A DNA stretch of 64,000 bases from a virus (Duplodnaviria; Heunggongvirae; Uroviricota; Caudoviricetes), in the IMG/VR virus record IMGVR_UViG_2881684137_000004, positions 64,001 to 128,000 of that record. One strand, written 5' to 3'. The translations under genes were made by a program, and so were the position numbers. A model generated the notes under the pieces. That model worked only from the letters and a program-made list of their open reading frames with translations, made no database searches and was not told the origin of the DNA. Of this stretch, positions 9,620-19,634 are shown piece after piece (the stretch's first letter is position 1; every line of letters begins with the position of its first letter).

Positions 9620-9922
9620 TCATGCCACTTCAAATGATAACTTTTTTCCTTTATCATTAAATTCCCATCCTGATTTGCCAGTACCAATACAATCGGGACA
9701 GGTGTAACCTGTGTCGAATGGATGTTCTCTAACAGTGCCATATCCCTCACACCAGCGACAATCAGGTAGTAGCTCCCAATGATGATCTTCTTTAGAGAAA
9801 AGGTATCCTTCAGAAATAGCTTTTTTAAGAAACTTCTTTGTTTTCCTGGCTACTTTGATGTCATTGTAAAAGTTGTCTAAATAGCGATAATGTTTGTGGT
9901 TAAAATAGATTGGTCTTCTCAA
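9620..9922 (-). CDS. Protein with DnaJ-type CxxCxGxG zinc-finger repeats
   Basis: CRWCEGYG and CPDCIGTG. Confidence 0.6.
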   Translation of the reverse strand: MRRPIYFNHKHYRYLDNFYNDIKVARKTKKFLKKAISEGYLFSKEDHHWELLPDCRWCEGYGTVREHPFDTGYTCPDCIGTGKSGWEFNDKGKKLSFEVA

Positions 9923-10116
9923 ACCAGTTCCTCCATACCTCTCCAGAGTTTGTAATTATCTTCGACCAATTTATAAAAGTCTGAAGAGCCTTCACCTGAA
10001 AATTTGTCATTGAGGAGATCAACCATTTTCTCTCCGTAATATGTATTAATATTCTCTGCAATTAAGATATCTGCTACAGAATCGCGATCATAATTATCGG
10101 TTTTAATAATCTTCAT
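9919..10116 (-). CDS. Small phage protein, paralog of 13707..13916
   Basis: MKIIKTDNYDRDSVAD...WRGMEELV. Confidence 0.7.
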   Translation of the reverse strand: MKIIKTDNYDRDSVADILIAENINTYYGEKMVDLLNDKFSGEGSSDFYKLVEDNYKLWRGMEELV

Positions 10117-10288
10117 CTTCATCATCCTCCGCTTTGTTCTCCTCAAACAGTTTCTCAGATGTCTCTTTTAGCTGGTCAATTTTCTCAATAAACTCTGCAA
10201 AATACTTCTCACTGTAGAAGCACTCACCATGTTCAATATCTGCCGAGATGCTGTAATGAAGCTCTCTTACTTCACTTCTCAATGACAT
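10103..10288 (-). CDS. Small acidic protein
   Basis: GGGAGG RBS. Confidence 0.55.
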   Translation of the reverse strand: MSLRSEVRELHYSISADIEHGECFYSEKYFAEFIEKIDQLKETSEKLFEENKAEDDEDEDY

Positions 10289-10341
10289 TTTTGTCCTCCC
10301 TATGAAAAATCTCCATTATTAATATATTTAATATTTATAGC

Positions 10342-10581
10342 TTATCCTCTGAAATTTCGCTTAAACATTACAATAAACCAGATTAGATAAGGCAACCAGA
10401 TGATTGTTAATGTAATGCACCATAACCAATGCGGCACATGAAAATAATCTTTGTACATATAGCTACCATCATCATTAACCTTAACCAATCTTGAAGGTTG
10501 TGGGAGTGCTCTGTAAGCACCAGACCAAAAGAAAATAGAAAATCCTATAATTAAGTAAATACTGGTAACAATATAAAGCAT
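10342..10581 (-). CDS. Small membrane protein
   Basis: Two hydrophobic segments. Confidence 0.55.
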   Translation of the reverse strand: MLYIVTSIYLIIGFSIFFWSGAYRALPQPSRLVKVNDDGSYMYKDYFHVPHWLWCITLTIIWLPYLIWFIVMFKRNFRG

Positions 10582-10654
10582 GTTTTTACCTCTTTAATTT
10601 TTCATTTATTAGTGATTCAGCAATACTACTAACTACTCTTCATTGTGATTTTAT

Positions 10655-10840
10655 TTAAAACTTTGAAAGAATATAACGGTCACTATCAAAAAGTGAAAAA
10701 AACTTTGCTATTGAAGCAAATTTAGCGCAATAATATCTCTTACCAGTAATAGTGTCGAACGCATAAAAATCATATTTATTTATTTTGTTTTCTATTGCTT
10801 CTCGTTGCCTATATTCAATGATATCATTCATGTAATTCAC
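10655..10840 (-). CDS. Hypothetical protein
   Basis: GAGGTG RBS. Confidence 0.5.
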   Translation of the reverse strand: MNYMNDIIEYRQREAIENKINKYDFYAFDTITGKRYYCAKFASIAKFFSLFDSDRYILSKF

Positions 10841-10846
10841 CTCTTA

Positions 10847-11407
10847 TTAAGATAGTTCTCTATGTCTTAAGACTTTCATTACAACCGGAAACGTCGAGTA
10901 AGCAAATTTCTCTGCTGCCAACTCATGAAAATCGAACTTATAAATCAATTCTGGTTTGTCTATAAATGCTAGATCCAAAGCATTATACTGCAAGTCAGTA
11001 AATGTTAATAAATTATCGTATGATTCAACTTCTTTTCTATATTCTTCATATACTAAGACATGACCTAGTTCATGTAGGAAGTTAAAAACTAGCAGACTAT
11101 CATCGTTAAACTCAACGTCTAGAGATTCAAATAACTTTAGCACATCTGCGTTTGAACCTTTATAAATCTCTTCCTGGTAGTAATTCATCATGTTTGAAAA
11201 AAGTGTCATGTGATATTCCATCTGCTTTTTTTTCTTGCTTCTGCTTTTCTTGACAGAAAGACGAGCATAAGGTGGAATAAACTGGTCATCTCTAAAAGTT
11301 CGATCTTCAGGATATTGTTCAATATTATAGGTAAATACAACATCTTTAAGCAAGGGCTTAAGCTCTTTTAATACCTCATAAATCTCTTCTAATTTTACAC
11401 TTCTCAT
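10847..11407 (-). CDS. ImmA/IrrE-like HExxH metallopeptidase
   Basis: FLHELGH plus downstream ELAAEKFA. Confidence 0.55.
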   Translation of the reverse strand: MRSVKLEEIYEVLKELKPLLKDVVFTYNIEQYPEDRTFRDDQFIPPYARLSVKKSRSKKKKQMEYHMTLFSNMMNYYQEEIYKGSNADVLKLFESLDVEFNDDSLLVFNFLHELGHVLVYEEYRKEVESYDNLLTFTDLQYNALDLAFIDKPELIYKFDFHELAAEKFAYSTFPVVMKVLRHRELS

Positions 11408-11489
11408 ATTAGACTCTCCTTCTTTGAGCTATTGTTTACTCAGTTAAAAAGAAATTTCTCACTATATTTATTAATTTAAGAAATCCACT

Positions 11490-11735
11490 TTACACCTTAG
11501 ACCACTGCTCTGTTGTTTTTCCAATTGCTCCACATCTTAAACACTGAAACTCAGCAGCATACTCCCCAGTTGACAGATTTTCATCAGCGTTGATCCTGGT
11601 GTGCTTTACGCCTCGGCATATACCACAGCTTTTATAAAATACTCCTTCCGATTCCAATAAAACTGCAACCTTAAACAAATTCCAGAATAGAAATATAAAT
11701 ATCTTTAATCTATTTAAAGCAGTAGTTAACTGCAT
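11490..11735 (-). CDS. Small Cys-containing protein
   Basis: CxxC...CxxC. Confidence 0.45.
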   Translation of the reverse strand: MQLTTALNRLKIFIFLFWNLFKVAVLLESEGVFYKSCGICRGVKHTRINADENLSTGEYAAEFQCLRCGAIGKTTEQWSKV

Positions 11736-11759
11736 TGTTAAACACTCTCCCGTTGTTTT

Positions 11760-12209
11760 TTAATTATATTCAAAATATTCATTTCTCATTTCAGCATCTT
11801 GAGTGATAGCGATAAATAAATCACCAGTTTGGCTGCAAAATTTATGTAATTGAACAGGATTAACATAATCTGAATCACCAACCCAATCGACATATATGTA
11901 TTCATTAGTACCGTCTTCATAAATTATATCAAGTGCAACAATATCTGCATGTTCAGTTAATCGATCAAGTACAGGCTTCTTCCATTCAACAGGAAAGGAG
12001 TCAGCTTGACAGTCAATTAAGTTTGATTCTTTCGAAATTTTCATGAAGACATGTTTGCAATAAAATGAAGTTCCCAGTCTATTTTCATGTTTGTAAATCC
12101 TTTTTGAAATATCGCTTATAGAAAATGATTTGAGGTTGCTCCATGTAATTCTGTAGGCTTCACAATTTTCAAGTACGATATGGACTTCTTTGAATTTTTT
12201 AAATTCCAT
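11760..12209 (-). CDS. Hypothetical phage protein
   Basis: AAGGAG RBS. Confidence 0.6.
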   Translation of the reverse strand: MEFKKFKEVHIVLENCEAYRITWSNLKSFSISDISKRIYKHENRLGTSFYCKHVFMKISKESNLIDCQADSFPVEWKKPVLDRLTEHADIVALDIIYEDGTNEYIYVDWVGDSDYVNPVQLHKFCSQTGDLFIAITQDAEMRNEYFEYN

Positions 12210-12243
12210 ATACATTCTCCTTTCAAAAACACTTTTCGCTGTA

Positions 12244-12811
12244 TCAATCAATTAAAACCTCATAGCATTTAGTTACTAATTTAATTTGATACTTTACATC
12301 ATCTAAAGCATTATGCTTCACTAACAAATCATCATTGAGCTCTTCTTTCAGTTCCTTTTCAGACATTCCTAGTTTGGCACATGTGAGATCAACAATCGTT
12401 CTTACATCTCTGTCATTTTTATAATAGATGGGGTAATCTAGCCCGTTTTCTTCAAATTGATATTGTATCATTTTATTGTCGAAAAGAATCCCATTTCCCC
12501 AAAAATAAATTTCACCTCCATCTTCTTTTAATTCTTCCAGCCAAGCATGAAAATTCTCTAGCAATTCCTCAATTGACACAGAACCTTGATTTAATAAATT
12601 AGTTAGTAGTTCCTTGTTTGTATTGAGCCACCACTTGAGGGTTAATCCATCGACACGTAGGTAACTGTTTTTTTTCAATGTCTGCAATTTGATTAAAAGT
12701 AGCCAAATGTTGACCAGTATTAATATCAAATGCGACTGCTGATATCTGAAAAATAGTAGCATCAGATTTTACTCCTAGCGTTTCAATATCAGTCATAATA
12801 TCAATTCTCAT
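12244..12811 (-). pseudogene. DEDDh 3'-5' exonuclease (DUF5051-like) split by a +1 frameshift
   Basis: Exo I MTDIETLG in 12599..12811, Exo III HNALDD in 12244..12762; frames join if the A8 run at 12668-12675 is A7. Confidence 0.8.
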
Positions 12812-12855
12812 AAAACTCTCCTTTATGTATGCAGATGAAATCCCGATTTCCTCGG

Positions 12856-13080
12856 CTATGAGCTTACATTCCTACAAGCGAAATCAGTGCAACCTTCATG
12901 TGGCTCTCTTTTATCACTATGTCTGTTACAGAAGCCGTCACCTGTGTATACCCCTTCTTCGTCTCCATTAAAATTATAATATAGGCAGAAATCGCATATT
13001 CCTATTGAATCGTGCAAGTTCTGGCAACCTGTATTGCAAAATTTCATTGTCTTGTTAATAAGAACAACCTCCTGATTCAC
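12856..13080 (-). CDS. Small Cys-rich protein
   Basis: Multiple Cys/His. Confidence 0.5.
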   Translation of the reverse strand: MNQEVVLINKTMKFCNTGCQNLHDSIGICDFCLYYNFNGDEEGVYTGDGFCNRHSDKREPHEGCTDFACRNVSS

Positions 13081-13532
13081 ATCAAATATGCTTCAACAAA
13101 ACTCACTAATTCATCAACATCTGTTTTTGTTGTTTGTTCGGTAATCGTAAAGTATTTAATCATTATGTATTTTTCATATTCTCCATTACCATAGTATTCA
13201 TCGCAAACAATAACTTTGAGCTGAAGGTTGGGAGTAATCGGAACCAAATAATTTTCTGTTCCTGTATTCACAGGAAAACGCAATAAGAATCTATCAACGC
13301 TCTTACATTTGTCACTATTCTTGCTCTGCATATAATCATTAATTAACTCTAAAGTCTCTTCGCTATCATCTTCACCATAACTACCTTTATAATCAGGCAA
13401 TTTCGATCTAAAGTAGCTGCTCAGTTCATTATTAAGCTTTGTTCTCTTGCGTTCAACTACATTTGTCATTGCTGCCATTAAACCTTTTTCCTCTGCTTCT
13501 CTTGCAATACTCCAATCTGATTTAATTAACAT
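13077..13532 (-). CDS. Hypothetical phage protein
   Basis: 151-aa ORF; GGGGAG RBS. Confidence 0.65.
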   Translation of the reverse strand: MLIKSDWSIAREAEEKGLMAAMTNVVERKRTKLNNELSSYFRSKLPDYKGSYGEDDSEETLELINDYMQSKNSDKCKSVDRFLLRFPVNTGTENYLVPITPNLQLKVIVCDEYYGNGEYEKYIMIKYFTITEQTTKTDVDELVSFVEAYLM

Positions 13533-13734
13533 CTATCTTCTCCCCTTGACTAAATCTTATCCCGCACATAGGACAATAGTTAATTGGCAAATACACTTTT
13601 TTCAGACCATCGCTATAGTTATCCCATTCCGATGTTTCAATGATCAGATGATAGCCCAACAAATCATCTACTATCACAATGTCATCTAAACAAGTTCCAC
13701 ACTCAGTCACACTAGTTCCTCCATTCCTTTCCAT
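13522..13734 (-). CDS. Small zinc-ribbon protein (start probably the downstream GTG)
   Basis: CxxC...YCPMCG. Confidence 0.55.
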   Translation of the reverse strand: MERNGGTSVTECGTCLDDIVIVDDLLGYHLIIETSEWDNYSDGLKKVYLPINYCPMCGIRFSQGEKIDVN

Positions 13735-13916
13735 AAAACATAATCGTCTTCTACTAGCTCATAGTAGTCAGGCGAATAGCACCCTTCCCTACAGTCAACA
13801 AATTTATCATTTAGCATTTCCACAATAACCTCACCATAGTATTTGATAATATTTTCAGCAACCAATTGATCAGCAACGTGTTCACGATTGTAATTATCTT
13901 TGCGAATAATCTTCAT
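13707..13916 (-). CDS. Small phage protein, paralog of 9919..10116
   Basis: MKIIRKDNYNREHVAD...WKGMEELV. Confidence 0.7.
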   Translation of the reverse strand: MKIIRKDNYNREHVADQLVAENIIKYYGEVIVEMLNDKFVDCREGCYSPDYYELVEDDYVLWKGMEELV

Positions 13917-13933
13917 AGTTTTCCTCCAACAAT

Positions 13934-14581
13934 TTATTCGAACAATACTCCACCAAGAAATTCATTATGTAGTTTTGTTACTTTTCTAAATGCTTCTTCA
14001 ATCTCATTCCTTTTTTCCCAGTATGTTTTCATCGATCCTTCTGTATACACTCTGTCCCAGTCTTCAGGATATTCGCCGTTCTCTTTTTCATATTTGTAGA
14101 CCTTCCTAGTTTTTAGGTTCTCACTAACCCACTGACTGAACTCATCATTAATAATTTCGATGATATCAGATAGTTTGTAATTGATAACTCTTTCGTTATT
14201 TTCATACCAACTAGAAGGGATTTTTTCAATAGAATCATTTTCCTTAAAGAAAGGAATCTTCATTACCTCTCTAGAGTCAATTTGAATTTCAGTGTGTTCT
14301 CGCCATTGATAGAGAACAGAAAAGTATTCTTTTTTTAAATTAAATACTAATCCTTCCAATCTCAGATCTTTCACCGCTAGAACTTGTCGAATTGGATTAT
14401 CCCAGTATCTAGTCTTCATATTGTAAAACCAAATGTCAGCTTCGACTTGATTCTGATGATAAACAATCTTTCCTTCTGATAGTTTTTTGAGGTTGATCAC
14501 CCCATCATTCAACTCACTGTTTAATACAATTCTATCTCCATTTTTAATTTGAAGATACTTTCCTTTATCCATTTTTATCAC
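13934..14581 (-). CDS. Hypothetical protein
   Basis: 215-aa ORF. Confidence 0.65.
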   Translation of the reverse strand: MIKMDKGKYLQIKNGDRIVLNSELNDGVINLKKLSEGKIVYHQNQVEADIWFYNMKTRYWDNPIRQVLAVKDLRLEGLVFNLKKEYFSVLYQWREHTEIQIDSREVMKIPFFKENDSIEKIPSSWYENNERVINYKLSDIIEIINDEFSQWVSENLKTRKVYKYEKENGEYPEDWDRVYTEGSMKTYWEKRNEIEEAFRKVTKLHNEFLGGVLFE

Positions 14582-14634
14582 TTCTTTCTATCTGTTATCA
14601 AGTCGCTTGCCCCTGAACTTAATCCATGTCATGC

Positions 14635-15090
14635 TCACAGCCCCCATCCAGAACAATTTAGTGCTTCTTGATAAACCTTTTTGATTTGCTCGTCTGTTCG
14701 GATCTCGTCAGGAGTCACTTTGCCCCTGAATATACGATTAATGAACTCAATCATTTTCTCTCGTTCCCCTTGTAGCGCCCTTATTGCTGCCAGACAGACA
14801 GCGTGTGGAGCTGAATCAGTTGTACTCATATCATCATTTTTAAATCTTGCTGACCACCGCCAACCAACCAGGCCTTCGAAGTGAAACAACGCTAACTGGT
14901 ACCCACGCAGTTGCATCTCCTGCTCCACAAAGCGAATCCCCTCCCAGGTGGTGGAGTAGGGTGGAATTGTCCCAAATGTGCCATCTGAATTAAGCTGCGT
15001 AGTCAAGAAACGGTAGCCAATTAACTCTGCAAATACTTCATCGAGTTCCCTTCCTGGCTCCATCTGCTCGATCAAACTCATATCAGTCAT
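14635..15090 (-). CDS. Phage ABA-sandwich (BC1872-like) domain protein
   Basis: GRELD...PPYSTTW...APHAVCLAAIRA pattern. Confidence 0.6.
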   Translation of the reverse strand: MTDMSLIEQMEPGRELDEVFAELIGYRFLTTQLNSDGTFGTIPPYSTTWEGIRFVEQEMQLRGYQLALFHFEGLVGWRWSARFKNDDMSTTDSAPHAVCLAAIRALQGEREKMIEFINRIFRGKVTPDEIRTDEQIKKVYQEALNCSGWGL

Positions 15091-15412
15091 TTGCTTTCAT
15101 CTCCAATTCTTCGAGGTATGCCGAGTGCCAACAAGCTTGGCAAATCATATCATGGTCTATATGAGACGGATAAGGAAATATTCTACCTTTCTTGTAAGGT
15201 TCCCGCGTTTCCTTGCCACAAGACTGACAATCTTCATAGACAATTTCACAAGAGGAAAATGAAGGTTCATATTCTACCTCAACTTCAAAATCCTTTTCAC
15301 AAGATTCGCATTCGCAATCAAATTTATTGTCTCGTGCATCAGAAAGGTACTCATAAACGTCATTTTCGTATCCACAATAAGGACAATCTACAGTTTTACT
15401 CATGTTTTGCAT
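15083..15412 (-). CDS. Zinc-ribbon protein
   Basis: Four CxxC pairs. Confidence 0.6.
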   Translation of the reverse strand: MQNMSKTVDCPYCGYENDVYEYLSDARDNKFDCECESCEKDFEVEVEYEPSFSSCEIVYEDCQSCGKETREPYKKGRIFPYPSHIDHDMICQACWHSAYLEELEMKAND

Positions 15413-15855
15413 CCCTTCTTAGGTTTAATGTGATGTAGGCTGCCTTCATCATCCATGTGATACTCTAGCGTTGGATATTCTTCTACTTCTCTCAGAAATT
15501 TAACATGATCCTTTAGATAATAGTTTTGCTTCCTTAATTGATTTTTTACCTCGTCGCTCATTTCAAGCGACCTTTCTAGCATTAAAACTCTTCCATTCAG
15601 CCGCTCAATCTCATCAAGTGCCGTAGGCCAGCCAGTACTAGCTTCCGTGATGCGCGTTGCGTCATTTAAACAAGCATCCTCAGTCACAGAATGCTTCAGT
15701 ACCGCCACTTGCAAAATATGATAGGCATCCCATTGGGATTGTGCGTTTAATGCTTTCTGGATGTCCCTTTTCAGATCATCAATCGTTTCTTTCAATTCTT
15801 TTATATATGCACATTCGGAGCAGCGCAACCTGCCGTGTTCTTCACAAATATTCAT
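15400..15855 (-). CDS. Hypothetical coiled-coil protein
   Basis: CEEH...CSEC N-terminus. Confidence 0.55.
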   Translation of the reverse strand: MNICEEHGRLRCSECAYIKELKETIDDLKRDIQKALNAQSQWDAYHILQVAVLKHSVTEDACLNDATRITEASTGWPTALDEIERLNGRVLMLERSLEMSDEVKNQLRKQNYYLKDHVKFLREVEEYPTLEYHMDDEGSLHHIKPKKGCKT

Positions 15856-16138
15856 ACCCTTTCCCTTTCCATCACTGTTCAGTATTCAATAAAAGCTCAA
15901 GCTTTTCAGTAAATTCCTCGTAACAAGAAATTTCTGTTTGATGAGATAAATAAAAATTTGTACGTTCATTATTATCATCCAAAGATTCCTCAAGCTGTTG
16001 AATCTTCTCTCTATACTCTTCAATCATTCCTAAAATCACTTCAGCTAACATTTAACCATCTCTCCTGTTCACTAAAATTTATAATATAATTTATTTATTT
16101 AACAAATCACCTTATGACTATTTTTTAAAAATTCACCT

Positions 16139-16474
16139 TTATTGGGGCTGCTTCAATAGTCTACCACCTAGATTAACGTTATAACCTGATGGGAAAAGGC
16201 CACAATATTCAACGATCCCCTCTTGCTCAAGCAACTGAAACTCGCATCCATCGTCGTTTGGATCTATAATAGCAACTTCGTTTTCTTTGGTTTCATCTAG
16301 GTTAACAGTAAGAACAATATTGTCTTGATTATGACTAAGAACTTTACCTACATCTAAAACTATGGCTGGTTTACCATTGTAATATTTTGTTAGATGAATA
16401 TAATACGATTTACCTTTATAATTGATTGGTTCATCTTTTAATAATGTTGAATTCATTTTAAAATCCCCTTTCAA
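16139..16474 (-). CDS. Hypothetical protein
   Basis: ORF track. Confidence 0.55.
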   Translation of the reverse strand: MKGDFKMNSTLLKDEPINYKGKSYYIHLTKYYNGKPAIVLDVGKVLSHNQDNIVLTVNLDETKENEVAIIDPNDDGCEFQLLEQEGIVEYCGLFPSGYNVNLGGRLLKQPQ

Positions 16475-16507
16475 TTATGATGTTAAAACACTTTATTATT
16501 ATTATTA

Positions 16508-16729
16508 TTATTGGCTCTGAATCCATCCCATTGACATTCCGTTACCACCCCAATGCTTTAGTGGTAAATATGTTTGAAGACCTGTAATGACCTTTTGAGC
16601 TTCATGTTTCTTTAAATTGTCAATCGTTGCCGAACTGTAGAAGTGCTGTATGTATTTTTGAACTCTTTCTTCTCCTAATTGATTAATGATACGAGCTACA
16701 TAAGCGGCTTGTTTTTCTGTTGGTTTCAT
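16508..16729 (-). CDS. Hypothetical protein
   Basis: PTEKQ..Y motif. Confidence 0.55.
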   Translation of the reverse strand: MKPTEKQAAYVARIINQLGEERVQKYIQHFYSSATIDNLKKHEAQKVITGLQTYLPLKHWGGNGMSMGWIQSQ

Positions 16730-16914
16730 TTGTTGACTTCCTGGATAGTTGAGACATCATCCATAGCGACCATCAAATCTTTGAAAGTCAGGAACATATC
16801 ATTTGTAATGCGAGTTCTAAATTCAGTTATTGTTTTATATTCGAGATTGTCAACAAGTAATTCGCGTCCACTTTTGGTTGTGATTTTAATATTCATTTTT
16901 ACCTCCATATCCAT
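16726..16914 (-). CDS. Hypothetical protein
   Basis: GGAGG RBS. Confidence 0.5.
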   Translation of the reverse strand: MDMEVKMNIKITTKSGRELLVDNLEYKTITEFRTRITNDMFLTFKDLMVAMDDVSTIQEVNK

Positions 16915-16933
16915 ATAAAAGGTTCATTTAATC

Positions 16934-17128
16934 CTATCTCAAATCGTAATATTCAACCAAGCCTACGACATTATCTCTTGATAGCCATCTTTCTCCGTCT
17001 TTCTTTGCAAACTTTACTTCGGCATATCCAAGAAGCGCTGCATCCAAGTCCACAGCATAAAGATAATGCTCATCAGTCAGTTTTAAAACATCTCTTCCGC
17101 GCTGCTCAATTTTCTGCCAATGATTCAA
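16934..17128 (-). CDS. Hypothetical protein
   Basis: GGAGG RBS, TTG start. Confidence 0.55.
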   Translation of the reverse strand: MNHWQKIEQRGRDVLKLTDEHYLYAVDLDAALLGYAEVKFAKKDGERWLSRDNVVGLVEYYDLR

Positions 17129-17238
17129 TTTCAGACCTCCAAAAAATCCTTATTTTATATGGGTTTTATTTTCTGCAAAATACGATGAAATATTACACCT
17201 CAACCTCTAGTTTTTGTTTTAGCTATCCAAGTTACCAC

Positions 17239-17532
17239 TTACAACTCAGCAAACTCTTGTTCAAATTCTTCAAGCTGCCTATTTAGCTCTGCCCTAATTA
17301 CCTCGATAAGTTTGGAATTTCCCATATATCTATTTAAATTTAAACTGTCTTCTTTGCTATAATCTGCACCGATATTTAGGCTATATAATTGATCGTCGTA
17401 GTATCTATCTTCTTTATAACTTCTTGTTTTGTATCCAGTGTTGATCTTGTCTACAGCCATCCTTGTAACTCCAATTATTCGATGAAGTTCTTGTGCTCTT
17501 TTTAGAGTTTCTTCTGTCATTACACCCTCCAA
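17239..17532 (-). CDS. Hypothetical protein
   Basis: GGAGGG RBS before ATG 17520. Confidence 0.55.
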   Translation of the reverse strand: MEGVMTEETLKRAQELHRIIGVTRMAVDKINTGYKTRSYKEDRYYDDQLYSLNIGADYSKEDSLNLNRYMGNSKLIEVIRAELNRQLEEFEQEFAEL

Positions 17533-17970
17533 AAAATCCTTATTTTATATAGATTTAATTATATCTGAAATACTGTGAAATGTTAGTTTCATTCCAGTTC
17601 TCTTGTTACGTCATCGACCACTGATCTCAACTCACCTTCGAAAATGTCTCCATCGATCAGCAATGATTTAATTACTTCTTCTAATTTTTCATAAGAATAA
17701 CAAACAAATTCCTGTTCTGATTCAATGATTTGTTTCGCTACTTTAAGTCCCTCAAAGTAATAGTGCCTTGCTTCCTCATTTTATAATTTGAGGGGATTTT
17801 GAAGCGTCGATTTCATTTTGGATAATAGTAATTAAAATTTTTCACTTTCAAAATCAACTTTAGTTTTCAAGATTTTATATTACCTGATATTTTAAGAGTT
17901 ATAGTGCAACTGCAACTTGCCATTTTGATGAATATCACCACCGAACATTAACGCAAATGCCCAATCTCTC

Positions 17971-18390
17971 TTATTTGAACATATCTGCATTTTCCAAAAG
18001 TATTTTTCTGATTTCACTGACTACACTAACCCTTTCCAACTCAATCAGGTTTTCATAATCTGTTTTGATTGTCCAATTTTTAAGCAGTTGTCTTCCAAGT
18101 GGCTTTCGAATCCAGTAACTACAGCTAACATACATAAACTTGTTATTTTTTATATTAGCTACTCCCTTGATTCTCTCATTGTTTTCAGCCAGTAGAATTG
18201 ACAATTGCTCTAACTTGAGAAACTCAACTGATTCATCGAACATGACGCTTATTGGGTCATTTGGGTGATGACCAATACAAGAATATTTAGTTTTCAAATT
18301 CAAAGTAAAATTAAGTGTGTGCAATAGAGGTATCATTTCACTATCCAAATCATCAATATCGATTCCAATTTCAGCAAATTTCTTTTCCAT
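17971..18390 (-). CDS. Hypothetical protein
   Basis: TKYSCIGH motif. Confidence 0.6.
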   Translation of the reverse strand: MEKKFAEIGIDIDDLDSEMIPLLHTLNFTLNLKTKYSCIGHHPNDPISVMFDESVEFLKLEQLSILLAENNERIKGVANIKNNKFMYVSCSYWIRKPLGRQLLKNWTIKTDYENLIELERVSVVSEIRKILLENADMFK

Positions 18391-18419
18391 TTCTTATTAC
18401 CTCATGTCAATGTATGTAT

Positions 18420-18833
18420 TCAAATTCCCAAAACAACAAACTCTGTATCGAGTACAACTTCCATGCAATCTTGACCTTTAATTTTTTTACAAATATGAGC
18501 TTCACTGACTTTAACATCATCAATTCTTTTGCAAATATTGTTTAATTTTAAAATTATTTTTTCAACTTTGTCTGTATGCTCAATCCCCTTTCTCTTATCA
18601 TAGTTATCGTAAAACAATTTAAAGTCTCTATCTCTCTCTCTGAGAGTGAAGAAACACTCATATGAAATAAGCATGTCAACTTCAATTGTGTAATTATCTG
18701 TATTAAAAGTATAACTTTCAACCTGATAAACGAAATTATCAAAGTAGTTAACCAACAGTGGAGTACTAAAAATCCGTTTTTGAGTTTTAATTCTTTCTAT
18801 TTTTATATAATCGTGCGAATTAATTACACTCAT
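18420..18833 (-). CDS. Hypothetical protein
   Basis: ORF track. Confidence 0.55.
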   Translation of the reverse strand: MSVINSHDYIKIERIKTQKRIFSTPLLVNYFDNFVYQVESYTFNTDNYTIEVDMLISYECFFTLRERDRDFKLFYDNYDKRKGIEHTDKVEKIILKLNNICKRIDDVKVSEAHICKKIKGQDCMEVVLDTEFVVLGI

Positions 18834-18949
18834 ATTCCTAACATCCGTTCATCTCTCCAATTTCTAGCTTCTTTAACTCAACTGAACTTTTTGTTATTTC
18901 AACTGCTGTGTAAATAACGAGGGTAATAAAGATCATCGTCATCATAGTT

Positions 18950-19540
18950 TCAAATAGGTTCTGGCTTTAAAATTCTAAAGCCAGTCACTTCTACGTTCTT
19001 TTCATATTTATTTGTAAATTCTATTGCCCGTTTTTTTAAGAAGCTCAAAGTCTTGTTACTGGGAATGTGATTAAAGTAAATAATAAAAGACAAATAGGCA
19101 GGGTATTTATTAATACAGGTCGCATTCTTTGCTTTATTTATTTCTTTCTTGCACTCTGTAATTTTACTATTAATAAATGTATCAGAATATAGACTCCTAT
19201 CAAGTTTTATGTACTCATTAATAAATTCCAAGTATAGCTCAATAACTGAGCTTTTATAGTGCTCAAGCGCTTTTTTTTCAGTGTCTTTTGTATAATAATG
19301 TCCATATCCATTATTCCATATATCATTAGTGGGATAAACATTTGATGGAGAACTAATATCTAATAAATCACGCTTAAATAAAACACCATCCAGCTTTTTG
19401 TGATATTCTAAATATTCTACTCTTTCATCTTCACCATCTGATGTATTAGTAGGAGTGTGCCCTGTCATATATGCACACATTCTATGTCTAAATTCTGTAT
19501 ATTTATTTGTGTCCACTATAAAACCAAATTCTGTGCTCAT
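18950..19540 (-). CDS. Hypothetical protein
   Basis: 196 aa; AGGAGG RBS. Confidence 0.6.
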   Translation of the reverse strand: MSTEFGFIVDTNKYTEFRHRMCAYMTGHTPTNTSDGEDERVEYLEYHKKLDGVLFKRDLLDISSPSNVYPTNDIWNNGYGHYYTKDTEKKALEHYKSSVIELYLEFINEYIKLDRSLYSDTFINSKITECKKEINKAKNATCINKYPAYLSFIIYFNHIPSNKTLSFLKKRAIEFTNKYEKNVEVTGFRILKPEPI

Positions 19541-19634
19541 ATTTATAATTCATCCTCCTGAGAATAGAATCTCATTTCCTCTAGCTTTTCAGAAATTTCA
19601 TAACCTAACACAATATAATCTGATCTGTTCACAC

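Noticed and set aside
17589-17816. Possible 76-codon ORF with an in-frame TAA at codon 12
   Set aside because: No clear RBS or recognisable homology; cannot separate decay from chance
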